Below are positions 58,354 to 64,000 of a DNA stretch of 64,000 nucleotides, piece after piece. The notes beneath the pieces were generated by a model. That model searched no databases and was not told where the DNA came from. It saw only the letters and a list, made by a program, of their open reading frames with translations. Origin of the DNA: Diplonema japonicum (Eukaryota > Protista > Euglenozoa: Diplonemea); contig OZ025662.1 of assembly GCA_964019335.1 (NCBI GenBank), positions 620,001-684,000 on the forward strand. The letters are read 5' to 3'. Position 1 is the first letter of the stretch, and the number at the start of each line of letters is the position of its first letter. The position numbers and the translations under genes were made by a program.

Positions 58354-59259
58354 ATGGAGGGTTTAACATGGCAGGAAGTGGTGTACGAGAACGGGACACA
58401 ATACAACGGGTACCTGGACGCGGGGAAGAAGAGACAGAAACAGGGCATCTTCAAAGATTGCTGCGAAGGAGTATACGTGGGAGACTGGGAAGAAGGGAGA
58501 ATGGAAGGTTGGGGAAGGTATCGATGGACGGACAAAACATACGAGGGTGAGCTAAAAGCCGGAGAGCAACACGGCAAGGGCAAATACACCAACCACCTAG
58601 CCAAGACAGTGTACATCGGCCAGTACAGAGAAGGCAAGATACATGGAGAAGGGCTGCTCGTCGGCCAAAACGAGACACTACTTCAGAAATGGAAAAACGG
58701 CAAACTTCTCAACTCGGAGAAAGCAACCGTCCAGCAAACACTGCAGTACAGAATACTGGAAAAGGAGATTGAAAGCCAGCTCCACCTGACCCCTGTGGAG
58801 GTGGACACCGCGAAGGCGTGGGATTGCAACATAACGAACAAAGAGCAAACGCTCCCTTCAGGCTGCGTGTTCAAGGGTGGCTTCCTAGGAGGGAAGCGGT
58901 ACGGGGAAGGGGAGTGGTCACACCCCAACGGAGATGCCTACAAAGGGCAATGGTTTGCAAACCACAAGCACGGATGGGGGCAGTACACATCCCCTTCCAA
59001 CAAGCGAACCTACATCGGCAGCTGGTCGCACGACAAGATGGACGGGTACGGCGTGCAGTACACAACAGAGACACGGGACTGCTATCACGTAGGAGCCTTC
59101 AAGGCTGATACAAAATCTGGTCCCTTCCTTCACGTCACCCCGGATGCCACCGCTTACGAGATATGGTCTGATGGGAAGATGACCTCTTCGGCAGAGCCGA
59201 CTCAACAACAAGCCTCCGACTTTGCTCATGTCAAAGCAGCCTTGGAGACCCTGGTGTAG
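58354..59259 (+). CDS. MORN-repeat protein
   Basis: Repeated YxGxWxxGxxxGxGxY units in two blocks. Confidence 0.92.
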   Translation: MEGLTWQEVVYENGTQYNGYLDAGKKRQKQGIFKDCCEGVYVGDWEEGRMEGWGRYRWTDKTYEGELKAGEQHGKGKYTNHLAKTVYIGQYREGKIHGEGLLVGQNETLLQKWKNGKLLNSEKATVQQTLQYRILEKEIESQLHLTPVEVDTAKAWDCNITNKEQTLPSGCVFKGGFLGGKRYGEGEWSHPNGDAYKGQWFANHKHGWGQYTSPSNKRTYIGSWSHDKMDGYGVQYTTETRDCYHVGAFKADTKSGPFLHVTPDATAYEIWSDGKMTSSAEPTQQQASDFAHVKAALETLV

Positions 59260-59355
59260 AATCAGAAGATTTAAAAAGAAAACACCCACTGAAGAGTCTC
59301 CACACTTTGTGACACATTGTCAAAACAAACAAAAAGGTCCTACAGGGAGAAAAAG

Positions 59356-60507
59356 ATGAAAAAGAGTAAAAGGGGCACAAACAAGAATGTAGAGTCAAGG
59401 ATACAGCAGTTAGAGGAGGCGAATGCGGTGTTGAAGCAACAGCTGGGGCTGCTTGTGACTGCGAGTACACAAAAGGATGAGGCTAGAAGCCGCACGTCCA
59501 GCGTGGCGACCGTTCCTAGCACGGTGATCAGTCCCGTCTCGCAGCCTAGAGCAGCCCCCAGTCCCATGCGTGGCGTGCAGCAGCCTTACATTCAAGAGCA
59601 CATCGATACAGACAGCCACGTGTTCACGTATCAACAGGGGCAGGGGTTCCCTCAAGCTATGTCCCCCTCTTTGGGTGCACCGTCCAGTGCCGCCTATTAT
59701 TCGCCCCCTCAGCCGCAGTACTGCTCGTACAGCCAGCCCCACTCTCCCGCACCAGAGCGCAGGGTACTCACACCTCTGACAACGGATAACAGTAGTCTCC
59801 CGAAAACAACAGAGAGCGCGATTGGTAAGCAAGGCCTTGATGCCCTCGTCGAGCTGGAGCTGGGGGCACGGTCCCGCATCGAAGAGATGGCAGCGTGGTG
59901 CCTGAAGAGCACCATCGCCTCAGCTACATACATGCTGAACAACCTGATGGTGCTTTCGCTGAGGGCAGATGAGCAGGCGGTAAAGATCGATGACATGATG
60001 GTGAAGATGGAGCAGTACAACAGAAGGAGGAAAAAGGAGAGCAAGCCCACAAAAGTAGACAAAAGCACGTCTGTGGTGATGCGAAAGAGGTCTGCTAGCC
60101 CCAAACAGGGTGAAGCTACTAGCTATGCGTATGACCCGCGCGGCATGCCTGCTGGGTTGCCGTTCGGCTATTCATCTCCCACACAAATGCAGTATGCAAT
60201 GCCTGCACCTTCGATACCTATGGTGCCTATGATGTCTGAAGTTCCCGCTGCAATACCTGTTCCTGCCTCCCCGGTGCATGCAACCTCTCCTGTCGCCGCC
60301 TCCCCACATTCAGCGTCTTCTGCCAGAATGCAGTACTCGCAACTGCAGCAGCAGCTGGAGCAAGTCGAAAGGCAAGAACGTGAGGCTGAGATAAAAAACC
60401 TGAAGCTGAAAGCAGAGCTTGAACGGGAACTGGCGAAGAGAACGGCCGCCCCCTCGCTGCACCAGCCTGTTGCGTCCCTGGAGCAGGTGCCTGTGCTTCC
60501 TGCTTGA
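59356..60507 (+). CDS. Hypothetical coiled-coil/low-complexity protein
   Basis: ATG 59356, long ORF. Confidence 0.72.
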   Translation: MKKSKRGTNKNVESRIQQLEEANAVLKQQLGLLVTASTQKDEARSRTSSVATVPSTVISPVSQPRAAPSPMRGVQQPYIQEHIDTDSHVFTYQQGQGFPQAMSPSLGAPSSAAYYSPPQPQYCSYSQPHSPAPERRVLTPLTTDNSSLPKTTESAIGKQGLDALVELELGARSRIEEMAAWCLKSTIASATYMLNNLMVLSLRADEQAVKIDDMMVKMEQYNRRRKKESKPTKVDKSTSVVMRKRSASPKQGEATSYAYDPRGMPAGLPFGYSSPTQMQYAMPAPSIPMVPMMSEVPAAIPVPASPVHATSPVAASPHSASSARMQYSQLQQQLEQVERQEREAEIKNLKLKAELERELAKRTAAPSLHQPVASLEQVPVLPA

Positions 60508-60564
60508 TTTTCTGTTGTATTGTTGTGTTTTCATTAAACTCTTCAAGACATCATATCACCACAG

Positions 60565-61140
60565 ATGGGCAGGTCATGGTATGCAGAGAAACTCATAGAG
60601 TTCTACAGCAAACATGATCCCGCTAGAGTGTCTCAGGTGGAGGCACAGCTGGCCGAGCATAAAGGGCCGAAGGAGGAACTGATGAAGAAGGTACATATTA
60701 AGTACGGCGTCCCGTATCTGATGGAGTGCGCAGCACCACCTTCCGAGATGCGATGCACTGTTTACGATTTCTATTTGGTACATAACCGTGACAGGCTTGT
60801 GAATGTGGAGACGATCGTTGAGCACAGCAAAGGGAGGGAGGACGAGCTGATCACAAAAATCTACAACGTGTACAATGTGGAACGCACCACGGCTGCGAAA
60901 CAATTGTCGTACTTCAGCTGGCGGCCGTTTTACCATGAGAAGCTGTGTGAGTTTTATAGGCAGCACAATCCTTCCAAGCTTGAGAGCATAGACTTAATCC
61001 TTGACAAGTATGAAGGTGATGAGTACGCGAACCTTTTCGAAGACTTGTATCAGACCTATAACGTGCCTTTCCCTTGTAATCCTGCCAACAGGGCCCACTC
61101 GCTGCACCAGCCTGTTGCGTCCCTGGAGCAGGTACTTTGA
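60565..61140 (+). CDS. Helical-repeat protein (FYxxHxPxK..LxxYxGxEEEL..KY repeats), truncated chimeric copy
   Basis: Three repeats, then SLHQPVASLEQV taken from the upstream gene end. Confidence 0.65.
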   Translation: MGRSWYAEKLIEFYSKHDPARVSQVEAQLAEHKGPKEELMKKVHIKYGVPYLMECAAPPSEMRCTVYDFYLVHNRDRLVNVETIVEHSKGREDELITKIYNVYNVERTTAAKQLSYFSWRPFYHEKLCEFYRQHNPSKLESIDLILDKYEGDEYANLFEDLYQTYNVPFPCNPANRAHSLHQPVASLEQVL

Positions 61141-61159
61141 TTTTCTTATTATATTATTG

Positions 61160-61364
61160 CGGTAAATGCAAGAGCGAGGACAGCTCGGAAGAGGAAGGTG
61201 ACAGTGCATGAACAAAAGAACGACAGACGAGGTCACAACAACCGTCCAAGGAAAACTACTAGGAAGCAGTACTACTTGCTGGGAGTGGTGTCAAAAAGCG
61301 AGACCGGCTTCTCCAAGACACGACCGGACGTTCCAAAACAAAGAACCTCCTTTATCTCATCTCT
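61160..61364 (+). mobile_element. 205-bp insertion (5'-truncated retroelement tail, family T2) with 8-bp TSD TATTATTG
   Basis: TSD at 61152-61159 and 61365-61372; the empty site is visible in the paralogous spacer near 60518-60525. Confidence 0.85.
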
Positions 61365-61411
61365 TATTATTGTGTTTTCATTAAACTCTTCAAGACATCA
61401 TATCACCACAG

Positions 61412-62182
61412 ATGGGCAGGTCATGGTATGCAGAGAAACTCATAGAGTTCTACAGCAAGCATGATCCCGCTAGAGTGTCTCAGGTGGAGGCACAGCTGGC
61501 CGAGCATAAAGGGCCGAAGGAGGAACTGATGAAGAAGGTACATATTAAGTACGGCGTCCCGTATCTGATGGAGTGCGCAGCACCACCTTCCGAGATGCGA
61601 TGCACTGTTTACGATTTCTATTTGGTACATAACCGTGACAAGCTTGTGAATGTGGAGACGATCGTTGAGCACAGCAAAGGGAGGGAGGACGAGCTGATCA
61701 GGCAACTTCACGACCGGTACGATGTGGAACGCACCACGGCTGCGAAACAAATAAAGTCGTACTTCAGCTGGCGGCCGTTTTACCATGAGAAGCTGTGTGA
61801 GTTTTATAGGCAGCACAATCCTTCCAAGCTTGAGAGCATAGACTTAATCCTTGACAAGTATGAAGGTGATGAGTACGCGAACCTTTTCGAAGACTTGTAT
61901 CAGACCTATAACGTGCCTTTCCCTTGTAATCCTGCCAACAGGGCCCACAGGAAGAAGCTTATAAGCTATTTTAAGGCCCATGACATGGACCCTAGTGGAG
62001 TCGATGTGTTCCTCTTGAGGTACGAGGGTTTGGAAGAGGCAGTCATGGGCACGCTCGACGAAGCGCACCGAAGTTGTTCGCTCTGCCGAAATGCAACTGC
62101 AGAATCAGATATTTTAGATAAGAAATTGCATCGAAAACAGAGCAAATCGAACCGTGTTAAGAAGTCCTGTGCCGTGCAGTGA
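61412..62182 (+). CDS. Helical-repeat protein, full-length copy, ending in CaaX-like CAVQ
   Basis: Four repeats, polybasic tail and CAVQ*. Confidence 0.8.
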   Translation: MGRSWYAEKLIEFYSKHDPARVSQVEAQLAEHKGPKEELMKKVHIKYGVPYLMECAAPPSEMRCTVYDFYLVHNRDKLVNVETIVEHSKGREDELIRQLHDRYDVERTTAAKQIKSYFSWRPFYHEKLCEFYRQHNPSKLESIDLILDKYEGDEYANLFEDLYQTYNVPFPCNPANRAHRKKLISYFKAHDMDPSGVDVFLLRYEGLEEAVMGTLDEAHRSCSLCRNATAESDILDKKLHRKQSKSNRVKKSCAVQ

Positions 62183-62500
62183 CGGTTGGGAAGCTCTTTT
62201 TTTTATTTGCTACTATTCTTTTTCTCGCTAGGTTTGTCATTATCTTTTTTTTTTTTTTTTTGGTACCGCCCCCCCTTCCTCATCCTCAATTTTTTCTTTT
62301 CTTCCAGGTTTTTTTTATTCCCCTCCCTGCTTCGTCAGAAGGAGAAGAAGAAAAGGAGGAAAGAAAAAAAAGATTTTTTCCCCCCCATATCGCTGTACTG
62401 AATCTTTTTTTTTTTTAAAGAAAGGGGTAGATAAGTAGAGACAAGGGGGACGTTCCAAGACAGGGACCTCCTTTATCTCATCTCTTTTTTTTTTTTTTTT

Positions 62501-64000
62501 GGACGGAAGAACAAGGAGCCGAAGCAGTGGAAGCAGCCGGATTCCGACAGTACCTGCACGAAGGAAATATAACAAAAGCCTTCGAGACCCTCTCCCGGTG
62601 CACCGAAGACCTCCTCATAGACCAACCAGTGGGGACGCCGGGGAGGGCAGCGTACGTCGGAAGAGGCAAACACACCAGCACAAAGGAGAAGGAAGTGTGT
62701 GCAACAACGACGACGGGAACGGTGGGTGCAGCTACAACATGGCAAGCGCGACTGGAAAAGCTGAAGCTCAAGACGCGGACACTGCAACAACAGCTCGAGC
62801 AAGCAGTTGAGGACAAGGGACTAAGCAAGCCGACCCTGAACACGATAAGAAACGTGAACAGGGAAGCAAAGGCTCTGGCAGTACCAGCTGAACCGGTGCC
62901 GCACGACGCTGTTCTCATAGAGGACATGCTGGCAGCAGCGCTGAACATGGAAGACGCAATGCAGCTGAGGAACGGAAGAAAAGGACCGAGGCGAACACGT
63001 CACGGAGACGAGAATACCTGGCCGAGGTTGCAGCAGGACGCGAGACAACAAGACTGGTAAAAGTCGCGAAAGGCAAACGTCAAAGCGACGGAACCAGGGC
63101 GGTCAAGGAAGGGATGGTGCTCTTTGCGTCCCCCGGACTGATCGACAGCGTCATGCGCAAGGCGTGGAAGACCGTCTTTGCGAAATACGAGTCCCGACCG
63201 GAGCCCCTCTATGCCCCCTTCAAGGCAAAGTACAGCAAGTTCGTGCAACGGCATGAGATGGAGAGGACACAACTGACGTGAGCAAGGCTGAGGGAAGTGC
63301 TCAGAAAGAAAAGCAAGAAAAGCGCGGCAGGCATCGACGGGTGGAGGATGCTAGAGCTACGGAAACTACCAGAGTCAGTACTAGACGCCTGGGCGATGCT
63401 CTTCCATGCGATCGAAGCAACGGGGAGGTGGCCGGAAGCCATGAAAACGGCACTGGTTACCCTCGTACCGAAGTGCGACGATGCGGGACCACTGGAGCAC
63501 AGGCCTATCACAGTCACATCTGCGGTGTACAGACTCTGGGCATGCGCGCGACTGTCTGATATCCTCATCTGGCAGGAGAAATGGATACACGACAAGCAAT
63601 ACGGATTCCGCACTGGTTTCGGGACAGAGGACGCACTTTTGGACCTCGCCCTTGACATCGAAGAATCCATTCTGGAGGGGAAACCGCTAGTCGGGGTGGC
63701 ACTCGACTTTGCGAAATGCTTTGACAGTGTACCGCAACAGCTGGTTCTGGAGCTGGTGGAGAACATGGGCATGGACACAGGCATCCTCAGGGCACTGAAA
63801 GGAATGTACGCAGGCATGCGAAGACTGTTCAGGTACGCAGCAGGCGTGGGGGAGGAGTTCCACACAACCAATGGAATCCTTCAGGGATGCCCGATTTCAG
63901 TGGTACTCATCAACGCGCTGTTGGCGGTACTAATGAAGCAGGTGGAGAACGACACAGGGGTCCGCTCGCTGTCTTACGCGGACGATGCATACCTCTTGGC
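62501..64000 (+). mobile_element. Element C: 5'-truncated, decayed non-LTR retroelement ORF2 (RT), running off the window
   Basis: GFRQYLHEGNITKAFETLS..YVGRGK matches the element B linker; GIDGWR, LEHRPITV, QYGFR, LDFAKCFD, GILQGCPIS and YADD read in the + frame from about 63282; stop codon and frameshifts upstream. Confidence 0.92.

Larger units (their letters stand above)
60453..61948 (+). repeat. Tandem duplication (60453-61098 / 61098-61948)
   Basis: Near-identical units covering the end of the upstream gene, the spacer and most of the repeat-protein CDS. Confidence 0.9.

Overview
Eukaryotic nuclear DNA, most likely from a diplonemid (Euglenozoa). About 30 protein genes all lie on the + strand, like a polycistronic directional cluster. 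They are interrupted by very short (30-75 nt) GTAT...AG introns and separated by homopolymer-rich spacers. A near-complete euglenozoan spliced-leader (SL) exon sits at 5736-5773. Recognisable genes are class III alcohol dehydrogenase, an RNB/DSS1-like exoribonuclease, a SAM-type mitochondrial carrier, CEPT, a SMYD-like SET protein, a CMGC kinase, two identical SCP2 genes, NDUFS7, a PKD2-like channel, a dead-motor kinesin with a PH domain, a pseudo-paracaspase, two GNAT-like paralogues with PTS1-like ends, a RING-H2 protein, an ADP1-like ABCG transporter and a MORN protein. Three related non-LTR retroelements are present (5736-7260 internally deleted; 44903-51510 near full length but frameshifted; 62501 to the window end). 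The main finding is that the two elements with intact 5' ends both begin with an SL-derived head: SL exon, GT, an anti-SL hairpin with a possible pseudoknot, and a YAG 28-29 nt after the GT. The long element also has a dead OTU domain, a TGA-CTG stop followed by an in-frame 2A-like GVEPNPGP motif, then APE and RT. Solo 3' tails of several element families are scattered through the spacers, one with a target-site duplication (TSD) and a visible empty site. Intron models and family calls were made by eye; no database searches were run.
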